Positions 21,201 through 29,963 of a stretch of 64,000 bases of DNA are shown here, piece by piece (position 1 is the first letter of the stretch; each line of letters opens with the position of its first letter). The translations under genes and the position numbers were made by a program. The notes below the pieces were generated by a model that saw only the letters and a list, made by a program, of their open reading frames with translations, did no database searches and was not told where the DNA came from. Origin of the DNA: an uncultured Verrucomicrobiae bacterium (GTDB taxonomy: Bacteria; Verrucomicrobiota; Verrucomicrobiia; Chthoniobacterales; UBA10450); the NCBI GenBank assembly GCA_963772275.1, contig CAVYWQ010000001.1:673615-737614 (forward strand), written 5' to 3'.

Positions 21201-21407
21201 ACTTCTCGGCACAACGACGCCGATTGGGGCCTGCCGATAATTCGAGCCGTCGGTCGCATAGAGCGCGCGGCTCCCCTCATCGAAGCGAACTTCGCCGCTC
21301 GATCTGAGCCTGCAATTTCTCCGGGAGCGTCGCGCGCTGCCTCGTCCGAGAGGTGCGATCGCGCCCGGAGGCGGATCGCTCACATTTTGTTCCAATACTT
21401 TAACCAT
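18270..21407 (-). CDS. FAD-linked oxidase fused to a 4Fe-4S / CCG-domain module (YdiJ-like 2-hydroxyacid dehydrogenase)
   Basis: 1045 aa. N-terminal FAD-binding PCMH domain, ferredoxin-type CxxCxxCxxxCP (CLACKGCKDDCP) and C-terminal Cys-rich CCG repeats. Same architecture and size as E. coli YdiJ. Confidence 0.85.
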   Translation of the reverse strand: MVKVLEQNVSDPPPGAIAPLGRGSARRSRRNCRLRSSGEVRFDEGSRALYATDGSNYRQAPIGVVVPRSVQDVVTTIAIAREAGAPITSRGCGTSLAGQCCNTSIIIDMSKYLNQVVEIDVQRKLGRVQPGTILDDLRHAAEKHQLTFGPDPATHNHCTLGGMLGNNSCGIHSVMAAFSGTGARTSDNTHELEILTYDGERMRVGPTSKEELEQIVRQGGRRGEIYRKLRDLRDKYANVIREKFPDIPRRVSGYNLPELLPEKGFNVARALVGSEGTCVTILEATLHLIPNPKARSLLVLGYPDVYSAGDHAPEILSHKPIGLEGIDHRLIGYMKKTGLHPEDIELLPDGKGWLMAEFGGDSKEDSDAKAHAVMAALKSKPDAPTMKLFDDMKEESKVWEVRESGLGATAFVPNMKDTWPGWEDSAVPPDKVGPYLRDLRKLFHKYDYEASLYGHFGQGCIHCRIPFDLYTAKGIEKYRSFVAEASDLVLSYGGSLSGEHGDGQARAELLPKMYGAEIMQAFREFKSIWDPEWKMNPGKVIDAYSLTSNLRLGSDYNPREPKTYFAYPSDQGSFTRAALRCVGVGKCRRLNGGTMCPSFMVTREEKDATRGRAHLLFEMLRGEVIGKNGWKDESVKEALDLCLACKGCKDDCPVSVDMATYKAEFLAHYYKGRLRPVYAYAFGLIHVWARLAQIAPSLVNFINRAPFISNVAKAAIRVAQKRTMPAFAPESFKSWFARTRGAAHAGMNDRGYDKRVMLWPDTFNNYFHPAVAKAAVAVLEDAGFQVVLPRQDLCCGRPLYDYGMLDTARRWLLQILHSLADEIEAGTPIVGLEPSCTAVFRDEVFEMFPHHENARRLRKQTFTLAEFLEKYAPDYRVPKLHRKTLVHGHCHHKAVMKLNCEKKLLQKIGLDYEVLDSGCCGMAGAFGFEADKYDISIACGERVLLPKVREAAKDTLIIADGFSCRTQVQETTDRHALHIAQVLQMALDQGPLGPSGNFPETRYIQPEPAIPSKEKTLAILAVGALVLGTVAGWFGGNGKSDRTWD

Positions 21408-21440
21408 AAATCGTTAGGGGAACGGAAATCATGGGCGGCT

Positions 21441-21582
21441 GACTCTGGGGAGCGCAGGCTGCCGGCCGGCGGGCGAGGGCGACCCTGCCCTCGCGATTTT
21501 TCTCCGATTGCTGTGCTTCGCGCGAAAGCCTGTTTCGGCAGGCTGCCGAAACCCGCAGGCTGGCGGCCTGCGCTCCCCAGAT
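21441..21582. repeat. nested-hairpin intergenic element (about 140 nt)
   Basis: Outer 15-bp stem CTGGGGAGCGCAGGC (21445..21459) / GCCTGCGCTCCCCAG (21566..21580). It encloses the hairpins GCGAGGGC-gaccct-GCCCTCGC and the 21-nt palindrome GTTTCGGCAGGCTGCCGAAAC. Confidence 0.7.
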
Positions 21583-21595
21583 AAAAACAGCCATC

Positions 21596-22714
21596 TCATA
21601 GCGCGAATTTCGCCGCCTCCTTTCTTTTCAGCTCCAGTCCGTTGCCGGAACGAGAGAGATCCGGCGGCAGCACGCCGCCATCCGGCCTTGGCAGGCCATC
21701 GAAGAACATCTGCTCGATCCGCACGTGATCGTGAAAATATTCGGCATGCCGGAAGGGACGTGCGGCGCAGCCAATGGGAAGATGCAGAGCGGGCGCGCAA
21801 TGCGCGGAAAGCGGCAGATGATACGCTTCGCAAAGTGCCGCCGCCTGGAAAAAACCGGTATAACCGCCGCAGCGCGTCGCGTCGGCCTGCAAGACATCGA
21901 CGGCTTGCGCCTCGAGCATGCGCTGGAAGTAAGTGATGTCGTAGCCGTATTCGCCGGCCGCGATGTCCATGCCAGGCGGGCCGTCATCGCGCATCAAATG
22001 CAAGCCGGCCAGATCGTCGGAGGAAACCGGTTCCTCAAACCACGAAACATTGAGCTCGGAAAATGAGTAGGACAGCTCCAATGCCTGTTTGCGCGAGTAA
22101 GCGCCGTTCGCGTCGACGAAAAGTTGCGTCTCGTCTCCAATCGCGGCGCGCGCCGCGGCCACCCGTTCCGGATCGGCTTCGGCGTCGCGTCCAATCTTCA
22201 TCTTGACGCGCGGGATCCCCTGTTCCGCCCAGTCGCCCAGCTGTTCCTGCAGCTTGTCGTTTGAATAGGAAGTGAATCCGCCGCTGCCGTAGATCGGCAT
22301 GGCCTCGCGCACCTGACCGAACAGCCTGGCGAGAGGCAGACCGAGCAGTCGCGCCTTCAAATCCCACAGCGCAGTGTCGACGGCCGAAATGGCCATCGAG
22401 CAAATTCCCGGCCGCCCGAGATTACGGATCGACCTGGTCATGGCGACAAAACATTCGTTAGGCGACATGGCGTCGCGGCCGGTCACGATGTCTCTCAATT
22501 TCGACTCGATCAGCCGGGCGGTGGCTTCGTCGGCGTAGGTATAGCCTAACGATCTCTGATCCCCCGCTTCCACTTCTACGATCACGATCGTGGTGCTGTC
22601 CCATTTGTAGGTGCCGTCGGACTCCGGTTGGTCGGCGGGGATCGTGTAAGCCGAGACATTCACTTTTTCGATGGGCAGCGCATTCATCACAGCAGTGCAG
22701 GCGGCGTCGCCCAC
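21596..22714 (-). CDS. enolase-superfamily enzyme (mandelate racemase / muconate lactonizing family, probable acid-sugar dehydratase)
   Basis: 372 aa. KxK motif (VKMKIG) and metal ligands in FVDANG, WFEEP and AAGE. The start may instead be MNALPIEKV at 22687. Confidence 0.85.
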   Translation of the reverse strand: MGDAACTAVMNALPIEKVNVSAYTIPADQPESDGTYKWDSTTIVIVEVEAGDQRSLGYTYADEATARLIESKLRDIVTGRDAMSPNECFVAMTRSIRNLGRPGICSMAISAVDTALWDLKARLLGLPLARLFGQVREAMPIYGSGGFTSYSNDKLQEQLGDWAEQGIPRVKMKIGRDAEADPERVAAARAAIGDETQLFVDANGAYSRKQALELSYSFSELNVSWFEEPVSSDDLAGLHLMRDDGPPGMDIAAGEYGYDITYFQRMLEAQAVDVLQADATRCGGYTGFFQAAALCEAYHLPLSAHCAPALHLPIGCAARPFRHAEYFHDHVRIEQMFFDGLPRPDGGVLPPDLSRSGNGLELKRKEAAKFAL

Positions 22715-22722
22715 TCACCGAG

Positions 22723-24513
22723 CTACTCCTTGTGTGGAATAAAACTTTCGATCGCGTCCTTGAAGGCGCCGCGAATCATGCCCGGTGCATCCGGATCACC
22801 CTTGAGCATCGATTCAGCAAAATTCTTCGCTTCCTTAAAGGTGATGTGCGGCGGCAAGGTCGGCACTTCCGGATCGGTCACGGCTTCGTAAACGACCGGC
22901 CGATCCGACGACAAGGCGCGGTCCCAGGCCGGTGCGATTTCCTCCGGCTTCTCGACATGAATGCCGCGTAAGCCGAGCATTTCGGCATATGTGGCAAAAG
23001 CGAACTTCGGCACCTTCTGCGACGCTTCATACTTCGGATCGCCCGCCATGATGCGCTGTTCCCACGTCACCTGATTGAGATCGCGATTGGCCAGCACCAT
23101 GATGATGAGGCGCGGGTCGCTCCACTCCTTCCAGTAATTGGCGATGGTGATGAGACAATTGATGCCGTTCATGAGCATGGCGCCGTCGCCGACCAGGGCG
23201 ATGACCGGCCGGTCGGGCCAGGCGAACTTGGCCGCGACCGAATACGGTACGCCCGGCCCCATGGTGGCGAGATTGCCGGAGAGCGAAGCCATCATGCCGC
23301 GCCGCACTTTCAGGTCGCGCGCGAACCAGTTCGCGGCCGAACCGGAATCGGACGCGAGAATGCAATTATCGGGCAGCTTCGGCGAAAGCTCCCAAAAAAC
23401 GCGCTCGGGATTGATCGGTTTCGCGCTGTTCATGGCGCGCGCCTCGAGCACCTTCCACCAATCCTTGATCTCGCCTTCGAGCTTCTCCCGCCACGAACGA
23501 TCCTGCTTGCGCTCGAGCAGCGGGATAAGAGCGCGCAAGGTCTCCGCGCTATCACCCGTCAGATTAACCTCGGTCGGGTAACGAATGCTCAGCATCTTTG
23601 AATCGATATCGATCTGAACGCCGCGGGCCTGGCCTTCCTTCGGTAAAAACTCGGAATAAGGAAAACTCGATCCGACAATGAGGAGCGTGTCACATTCGGT
23701 CATCATGTCCCAGCTGGGCTTACTGCCTAACAAACCAATCGGCCCGGTGCAGTAGGGAAGGTCGTCCGGGATGACCGCTTTGCCTAACAAGGCTTTGGCT
23801 ACGCCCGCCCCGAGAATCTCGGCTGTTTCCATGACCTCATCGCTCGCCTGTAAGGCCCCGGCGCCAACGAGCATGGCGACTTTCTGTCCGCTGTTCAGAA
23901 TATCGGCGGCGCGGCGCAGGTCCTTGTCCTGCGGGATGACGCGCGGTTGGGAATAGCCGATGCCGGAGTGGACCGTGCCATGCTTGCGCGGCGGTTTCTC
24001 GACGGCCGGCATTTCCTGGAGGTCGTTAGGGAAAATCAGACAGGTGACAGTGCGCTCCGCCTTGGCGATGCGAATAGCGCGATCGACCAGGTGCCGCACC
24101 TGCGCCGGGGTCGAGGCCATGTGCACGTATTCATGCGCCACGTCCTTGAAAAGCGTGATGAGATCGACCTCCTGTTGATAATCGCCGCCGAGCGCGGCCC
24201 GCGCCTGTTGTCCGACGATGGCGACGACCGGCTGATGATCCATCTTTGCGTCGTAAAGGCCGTTGAGAAGATGGATGGCGCCCGGTCCCGAAGTAGCGAG
24301 ACAAATGCCGACTTCGCCGGTGAACTTGGCGTGGGCGCAGGCCATAAAGGCGGCCAATTCCTCGTGCCGCACCTGGATATAATCGACCGCATCCCCCGCG
24401 CGATCGATCGCCCCGATGATGCCATTGATGCCGTCGCCCGGAAAACCGTAAATGCGTTTCAGGCCCCATTCGGTAATTCGCTTGATCAGGAAATCAGCTA
24501 CCAGTTCTGCCAT
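22723..24513 (-). CDS. thiamine-diphosphate-dependent enzyme (pyruvate oxidase/PoxB-like)
   Basis: 596 aa with N-terminal PYR domain (YGFPGDGINGI...VRHEELAAFMACAHAKFTG) and C-terminal TPP-binding GDGAMLMN...N motif. Confidence 0.88.
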   Translation of the reverse strand: MAELVADFLIKRITEWGLKRIYGFPGDGINGIIGAIDRAGDAVDYIQVRHEELAAFMACAHAKFTGEVGICLATSGPGAIHLLNGLYDAKMDHQPVVAIVGQQARAALGGDYQQEVDLITLFKDVAHEYVHMASTPAQVRHLVDRAIRIAKAERTVTCLIFPNDLQEMPAVEKPPRKHGTVHSGIGYSQPRVIPQDKDLRRAADILNSGQKVAMLVGAGALQASDEVMETAEILGAGVAKALLGKAVIPDDLPYCTGPIGLLGSKPSWDMMTECDTLLIVGSSFPYSEFLPKEGQARGVQIDIDSKMLSIRYPTEVNLTGDSAETLRALIPLLERKQDRSWREKLEGEIKDWWKVLEARAMNSAKPINPERVFWELSPKLPDNCILASDSGSAANWFARDLKVRRGMMASLSGNLATMGPGVPYSVAAKFAWPDRPVIALVGDGAMLMNGINCLITIANYWKEWSDPRLIIMVLANRDLNQVTWEQRIMAGDPKYEASQKVPKFAFATYAEMLGLRGIHVEKPEEIAPAWDRALSSDRPVVYEAVTDPEVPTLPPHITFKEAKNFAESMLKGDPDAPGMIRGAFKDAIESFIPHKE

Positions 24514-24549
24514 AAGGAAGTTGAGAGTTTGGAGTTCAGAGTTGAGAGA

Positions 24550-24927
24550 TCATTCGTTGCCCGCGAACGCGATGGTGGTGATGAGTGCGTTCTCGGCCTG
24601 ACGCGAATCGAGCCGCGTATGCTGCACAATAATCGGCACATCGGAGACGATGACGCTGGCGTAATTCGTCGCCTTCGGAATCGGTTCCGGGTCCTTGAGC
24701 TCGTTAAAACGCTGGTGAAGCGTCCGGCGCGCCGGCACCGTGATTTTGTAGGGACCAACCGGTTCGCGATCGGTGTAATAAATCGTGATCTCGACGTGCG
24801 CTTCGGCATCGCCCGGATTCAGGATGCAGGCCGTTTCGTGGCTCAACATCTCCGGTTCCGCGCCATGGCTCCACGACGGAATCCAACCTTCCGCTATCGC
24901 CCATGTCTTCCGTCCTATCGTCATCAA
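24550..24927 (-). CDS. sensory rhodopsin transducer (ASRT) family protein
   Basis: 125 aa, colinear with Anabaena ASRT as I remember it: IGRxxWAIAEG...SHETxCILNxGD..AHVEITIYY.D.EPVGPY...VPARRT...VQHTRLDSRQAENAL. Confidence 0.8.
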   Translation of the reverse strand: MMTIGRKTWAIAEGWIPSWSHGAEPEMLSHETACILNPGDAEAHVEITIYYTDREPVGPYKITVPARRTLHQRFNELKDPEPIPKATNYASVIVSDVPIIVQHTRLDSRQAENALITTIAFAGNE

Positions 24928-25046
24928 TAATCAGCGCGTTCAATACAAAATCGTCGCTCCCGGCCGAAGCAGATGGGAGAAAATGGAGCGGAAGGATTTC
25001 TGATCCGGCCGCTCAAAAAGAAACACGCCCGGCGGGAAATGTTTCC

Positions 25047-25349
25047 CTAACGACCGTGTAGCGGCACCCAGCCCCGGCTCACATAATCGCTAAACGAAAG
25101 CGCGAGCAGGAAAATGAGCCAGATAATGCCGGCCGCCGCCGCGAGATGCAGGAGACGGCTGCTTCCCTTGATGTGCATGAAGAAAAGCACGACGAGAAGC
25201 GCCTTGGTAATGGCAATGGCCAGCGCGACCACAAGATTGAACGGCCCGAGGTTGACGTAGCCAATGCCCCAGGTCGCCGCAAGCAGCAGCATCAGCGCAG
25301 CGCAGGTTTTCCAATAAATCCTGGGCGGGTGTGTCGTTTCCGTGCTCAT
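25047..25349 (-). CDS. cytochrome c oxidase subunit IV (caa3-type small subunit)
   Basis: ORF 25047..25916 trimmed to [15 protein letters not shown].... 100 aa, 3 TM helices, start overlaps the coxC stop (ATGA). Confidence 0.75.
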   Translation of the reverse strand: MSTETTHPPRIYWKTCAALMLLLAATWGIGYVNLGPFNLVVALAIAITKALLVVLFFMHIKGSSRLLHLAAAAGIIWLIFLLALSFSDYVSRGWVPLHGR

Positions 25350-25996
25350 CCCCGATGTCCGGCCAGATAAAGAAGTGGAAAAAGAAAAATCCAGACGATG
25401 TCGACGAAGTGCCAGTAGAGTCCGACGACTTCGACCGGCATGTGGTTGCCGTTCGCGAAATAATTGCGCGACGCAAGAATCGCCAGGATGAGCATGAGGA
25501 CGACGCCAACGGTGACGTGGATGGCGTGCAAGCCGGTCATGGCAAAATAAAGCCAGAAGAAAATCTCGGCCGGCTGTGGATTGGCTTCGTGCCATTGGAA
25601 ATTCACGCCGGGCACAAGATGCTCGACGAAGTCCTTGTGGTATTCGAATCCCTTCACACCGAGAAAAATGAGGCCGAACAAGGCCGTTCCGAGCAGGAGC
25701 CAAACGAGCGCGCGACGCCGGCCGAATTCCGCCGCCCGCACGGCCAATGCCATCAACGTGCTGCTGAAAAGCAGGATGGCCGTATTGGTGCCGCCGAGGA
25801 TCACTTCGGTATGCCGGCTGGCCATGGCGAATGCTTCGCCGTAAATGAAACGATAAATCGTATAGCTGAGGAAAAGGCCGCCAAAGAACATCACTTCGGT
25901 GGCCAGAAAAATCCACATGCCGAGCTTGGCGGCATCGTGCTGTTGTTCGAGATCGTCGAACTGTTCGGCCAGGACGCCGGCGCTGTTGGAACTCAT
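25346..25996 (-). CDS. coxC: cytochrome c oxidase subunit III
   Basis: 216 aa multi-TM protein with heme-copper oxidase subunit III motifs ([23 protein letters not shown]). Confidence 0.9.
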   Translation of the reverse strand: MSSNSAGVLAEQFDDLEQQHDAAKLGMWIFLATEVMFFGGLFLSYTIYRFIYGEAFAMASRHTEVILGGTNTAILLFSSTLMALAVRAAEFGRRRALVWLLLGTALFGLIFLGVKGFEYHKDFVEHLVPGVNFQWHEANPQPAEIFFWLYFAMTGLHAIHVTVGVVLMLILAILASRNYFANGNHMPVEVVGLYWHFVDIVWIFLFPLLYLAGHRG

Positions 25997-26011
25997 AGGT
26001 GGATGAACATC

Positions 26012-27667
26012 TCAGGCACTGGCCATGTGCAGATCGTGGTCGGCCTTCGCGTCATACATGTAAGGCGGGCCGGTCACGATGGGTGTTTGTTGGAAATTGT
26101 GGACAGGTGGTGGCGAAGGGGTCTGCCATTCCAGGCCAGTGGCGCGCCATGGATTGGGACCGGCCGCCCGGCCCCGTTTCATGGCCCAGAGGAAATAGAT
26201 GAGCGGCAACAGGTAACCGACGCCCAGAATCGACGCCCCCGCCGTCGACAGGACATGGAAAACCTGAAACTCGGGCGGATAGGCGTGATAACGCCGCGGC
26301 ATCCCGAGATAACCAAGCAGGAACTGCGGAAAGAACGTCAGGTTAAAACCAAGAAAGGTCGTCAGGGCGGCCAGTTTTCCCCAGAACTCCGGATACATTC
26401 GGCCGGTGATTTTCGGGAACCAATAGTGCAGGCCACCCATGAAGGCCATGACCATTCCGCCGACCATGATGTAATGGAAATGGGCGACGACAAAGTAAGT
26501 GTCAGTCACGTGCACATCGACGGCGAGCGCGGCCAGAAACAATCCAGTAAGGCCGCCGATGGTGAACAAGCCAATGAAGCCGAGTGCATAAAGCATCGGT
26601 GTTTGAAAAGTGATCGAGCCTTTGTGCAGGGTTGCCGTCCAGTTAAAGACCTTGATGCCGGATGGCACCGCGACAATGAAGCTCAGGATGGAAAAGACCA
26701 TGCCGGCGTAGATGGACTGGCTGCTGACAAACATGTGATGTCCCCAGACGAGAAAGCCGAGAACGGCGATGGCCATGCTCGAGGCTGCGATCCAGCCGTA
26801 ACCAAAGACGCGTTTGCGCGAAAAGCAGGTGATCAGTTCGCTGATCACACCCATTCCGGGCAGGATCATGATGTAAACCGCCGGGTGCGAATAGAACCAG
26901 AAGAGATGCTGGAAAAGCACGGGATCGCCGCCCAGTTTTGGATCGAAAATTCCAAGCCCCCAAAAGCGCTCCAGCGACATGAGACCGAGCGTGATGGCCA
27001 GCACCGGGGTGGCCAGCACCATGATGAGACTGGTGGCGTAAAGTCCCCAAACAAAGAGCGGCAACCGAAACCAGGTCAGGCCGGGCGCACGCATCTTGTG
27101 CACCGTGACCATAAAGTTCATGCCCGTGATAATGGATGAGAATCCGGCCACAAAGACACCCGCCGCCATGGAGATGACGTGTGAGTTTGCGTATGTCGTG
27201 CTGTAGGGCGTGTAAAAGGTCCAACCGGTATCGACACCACCCTGCAGGAGCGACCACAAGGCCAGCGTGCCACCGGCAATAAAGATATACCAGCTCATGA
27301 GATTGAGCCTGGGGAAAGCAACATCGCGCGCTCCGATCATCATCGGCAGAACGAAGTTGCCCAGGACGGCTGGTATTGAGGGAATGAGAAAGAACCAGAC
27401 CATGAGCACGCCATGGATGGTGAAGAGCTTGTTGTAAGTCTCGGACGTAACGAGATCGCCCTGCGGGGTGAGCAATTCCGTCCGCATGAGCGCAGCCGCA
27501 ATACTGGCGATAAGAAAGAAGAAAACGATCGTCCACAGATAGAGGATCCCGATGCGCTTATGGTCGGTCGTGAGTAACCAGGAGCGAACACTATGCGCGA
27601 CGCTGAGATAATTCTCCGGTGCCATCTCGCCTTCGGTACGGATAACAGTCTGCGTCGCGCTAATCAT
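26012..27667 (-). CDS. coxA: cytochrome c oxidase subunit I
   Basis: Heme-copper oxidase core: WFFGHPEVY-like [16 protein letters not shown] and HHMF. Start set at MISATQ (27667), which avoids overlap with coxB. Confidence 0.95.
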   Translation of the reverse strand: MISATQTVIRTEGEMAPENYLSVAHSVRSWLLTTDHKRIGILYLWTIVFFFLIASIAAALMRTELLTPQGDLVTSETYNKLFTIHGVLMVWFFLIPSIPAVLGNFVLPMMIGARDVAFPRLNLMSWYIFIAGGTLALWSLLQGGVDTGWTFYTPYSTTYANSHVISMAAGVFVAGFSSIITGMNFMVTVHKMRAPGLTWFRLPLFVWGLYATSLIMVLATPVLAITLGLMSLERFWGLGIFDPKLGGDPVLFQHLFWFYSHPAVYIMILPGMGVISELITCFSRKRVFGYGWIAASSMAIAVLGFLVWGHHMFVSSQSIYAGMVFSILSFIVAVPSGIKVFNWTATLHKGSITFQTPMLYALGFIGLFTIGGLTGLFLAALAVDVHVTDTYFVVAHFHYIMVGGMVMAFMGGLHYWFPKITGRMYPEFWGKLAALTTFLGFNLTFFPQFLLGYLGMPRRYHAYPPEFQVFHVLSTAGASILGVGYLLPLIYFLWAMKRGRAAGPNPWRATGLEWQTPSPPPVHNFQQTPIVTGPPYMYDAKADHDLHMASA

Positions 27668-27677
27668 GATTTCGTCC

Positions 27678-28619
27678 TCATTTCGCGGGCGGCTCCTGGT
27701 TCGCAATTGATTTCAAGTAGGCGAGGATCTGCATGATCTGCTCTTCACTGAGATGACCTTTGAAACTCGGCATGATGTTCTTGTAACCGGCTGCGATGTG
27801 CTTGCCGGGCAGCAAGATTGAATCGCGCAGATATTCGTCGTCGGCGACAACGACCTGACCGTTCGTAAGCGGCACTGGTTTGCCATACACACCTTCCAGG
27901 GGTGGAGCCTGAAACTGCGAACTCACCCCATGGCATCCGCTGCATCCGCGATCGCGAAACAGCCGTTCGCCCAGCGTAGCCATCGATTCCGAAATGCCAC
28001 TGCCCAACCACGACTGATAGGCGGCCGGTTTCATGACAACGACGCGGCCGATCATGGCGGAATGATTGGTCCCGCAATACTCGGCGCAAAAAAGATGGAA
28101 CTCGCCCAGCTTGTTAGGTTTGAACCACTCGGTTGTGTATCTGCCGGGAAGCACGTCCTGTTTCACGCGAAAAGCAGGAACGTAAAAGCTATGGATGACA
28201 TCCTGCGAGGTCATGGTCAGCGTGACCGAGCGCCCGAGTGGGACATGCAGCTCGTTGATTTCGCGCCGCCCTTCGGCGTGCTGCAGCTTCCACATCCATT
28301 GCTTGGCCACGACGTCGACCTGCAAGGCGTCGGCCGGCGGCCGTTCCATGTGGTAATAGGTAACCGCGCCCCAGCCGAAGAACCCGAGACCCATGAGCAA
28401 CGGCACGATGGTCCAGCCGCTTTCGAGCAAATTCGAACCGTTGGAAGGATTGGAACGGTCGGCTTTCGAGCCGCGCCGATACTTGATCGCGAAGTAAGCC
28501 ACCGGGAAGAAAACAACCACGACAAAGAAAAGCGACATGACAGTCAGTCCGAAGAAGAGCCAGTCGACCTGATGAGCGGTCGTGGAAGCCTCGGGTGGAA
28601 AGAGATGAAACTTATCCAT
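27678..28619 (-). CDS. coxB: cytochrome c oxidase subunit II with C-terminal cytochrome c domain (caa3 type)
   Basis: ORF trimmed to [12 protein letters not shown].... CuA site [12 protein letters not shown] plus a C-terminal heme site CSGCH. Confidence 0.92.
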   Translation of the reverse strand: MDKFHLFPPEASTTAHQVDWLFFGLTVMSLFFVVVVFFPVAYFAIKYRRGSKADRSNPSNGSNLLESGWTIVPLLMGLGFFGWGAVTYYHMERPPADALQVDVVAKQWMWKLQHAEGRREINELHVPLGRSVTLTMTSQDVIHSFYVPAFRVKQDVLPGRYTTEWFKPNKLGEFHLFCAEYCGTNHSAMIGRVVVMKPAAYQSWLGSGISESMATLGERLFRDRGCSGCHGVSSQFQAPPLEGVYGKPVPLTNGQVVVADDEYLRDSILLPGKHIAAGYKNIMPSFKGHLSEEQIMQILAYLKSIANQEPPAK

Positions 28620-29490
28620 CCTGATAAGGCGCACCCGTTGAGGAGGCCGGTTGAGGTTCGTTAGGTTTTGGCGCGACGCCACGCGATCGACGGTCGCGCC
28701 CGGCCAGCCAGAAGATTCCGGCGAACATCCCGACGACCGTGGTCAGCGCAGCGCCGCGCATGACATTCATGATGAGCGCGCCGTATTTTCCGGTAATCGG
28801 GTTGTAATGGTAGCAGAGCAGGATGAGCTGCGTGACAATCGATCCCCGTTTTTCGGCGGAAGCGGCCAGAATGGCGGAGCGCAACTGATGCGGCTCGAAG
28901 TTTACGCCGAAGAAATAGCGGGAAATTTTTCCCTGCGGCGTGAGCACCAGGAAACCGCTCGGGTGGGCGTATTCGTTCACGTCCGGATCGAAGAGAAAAT
29001 GAAAACCGCTCTCGTTCGCGAGTTGCGCGACGGCGCCTTTGTCGCCGGTCAGAAAATGCCAGCCGCCCGCCGCCCCGTCGCGACCGTAACGCCTCAGATA
29101 TTCTTTCCTTTTGCTTAGCGCCTCGGCCGGACCTTCGCGTGAATCGATGCTGACGTTGATGATGTTGAATCTCTGGCCGACATCGAACCGCAATTCCTGC
29201 AATGCCTGAATGAGGCCGTCGTTGATGAGGGTGCAGAGCATCGGGCAATGGTAATAACCGAGCACGAGCAGCGTCGGTTTGCCGTCGAGGCAATCGCCGA
29301 TCGTTACCGTTTTACCGCTGCTGTCGCGAAACCTCAGGTCACGCGAAATCTGCTGCCCGATGTGCTGGTCGAACCGGATCTGCTTTAGTTTGTCCGCCGA
29401 CAACGCCTGACTCGACGGCGTCAGGGCAAAAAGGAAAGTCGCGAGACTGAGCAACCGAAGAGCAGAGAGTCTGCCCGGAATCATTCTCAT
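28612..29490 (-). CDS. SCO1/SenC copper chaperone
   Basis: 292 aa with a signal anchor and the thioredoxin-fold CxxxC motif YYHCPMLC. Overlaps both neighbouring genes. Confidence 0.88.
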   Translation of the reverse strand: MRMIPGRLSALRLLSLATFLFALTPSSQALSADKLKQIRFDQHIGQQISRDLRFRDSSGKTVTIGDCLDGKPTLLVLGYYHCPMLCTLINDGLIQALQELRFDVGQRFNIINVSIDSREGPAEALSKRKEYLRRYGRDGAAGGWHFLTGDKGAVAQLANESGFHFLFDPDVNEYAHPSGFLVLTPQGKISRYFFGVNFEPHQLRSAILAASAEKRGSIVTQLILLCYHYNPITGKYGALIMNVMRGAALTTVVGMFAGIFWLAGRDRRSRGVAPKPNEPQPASSTGAPYQDG

Positions 29491-29963
29491 GGCGTCGCCC
29501 CCGGTTTGAGCTGGAGGATGGGCGGCGGCGTTCCAGTCTCGTTAGGCCGCTGCTGCTGCAATTTGAGCGGCGTCATGCCGGCCCCGACATTCGGCAGACC
29601 ACGCTCCATCAAAAGCTGCATGGCGCGGTTGATCGGGATGCGCACCGTACCTGAGGAGCGATCGATCCAGCCGTAGCTGTGTAACTCGCGCTCTTCCTGG
29701 GCCTGAAACGTTTGCAGATCGTTCCCCGAGGTTTGCAACAACTGCGGGGCCGGGAACTTCTGCTGCTCCGGCGACATGGCGCGGGCCGGTTCTTCGCGGG
29801 CAGTTTCGCGGATGTTGAAAACATGGATCAACCCCCAGCAGACCAGGAAGACGAGCACGCAAATGAAAAGAAGGAGCAGCCCGATCAGGAGAAGGGAAAA
29901 AACGTCCGCATCCTTGCGCTCGTGGCTCGGAATCGGGTTGGAATTTTTTTCTGAGGTTGTCAT
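29487..29963 (-). CDS. small single-TM membrane protein of the ACIII-oxidase operon (unassigned subunit/assembly factor)
   Basis: ORF 29487..30674 trimmed to the ATG at 29963 (MTTSEKNSNPIPSHERKDADVFSLLLIGLLLLFICVLVFLV...). 158 aa, with ATGA overlaps to actF and sco. Confidence 0.65.
   Translation of the reverse strand: MTTSEKNSNPIPSHERKDADVFSLLLIGLLLLFICVLVFLVCWGLIHVFNIRETAREEPARAMSPEQQKFPAPQLLQTSGNDLQTFQAQEERELHSYGWIDRSSGTVRIPINRAMQLLMERGLPNVGAGMTPLKLQQQRPNETGTPPPILQLKPGATP

Noticed and set aside
25331-27139. 602-aa + strand ORF across coxC/coxA
   Set aside because: It is antisense to textbook heme-copper oxidase subunits I and III. The product is Arg/Gly/His/Asp-rich low-complexity sequence with no motif. 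This is a typical shadow ORF of GC-rich DNA.
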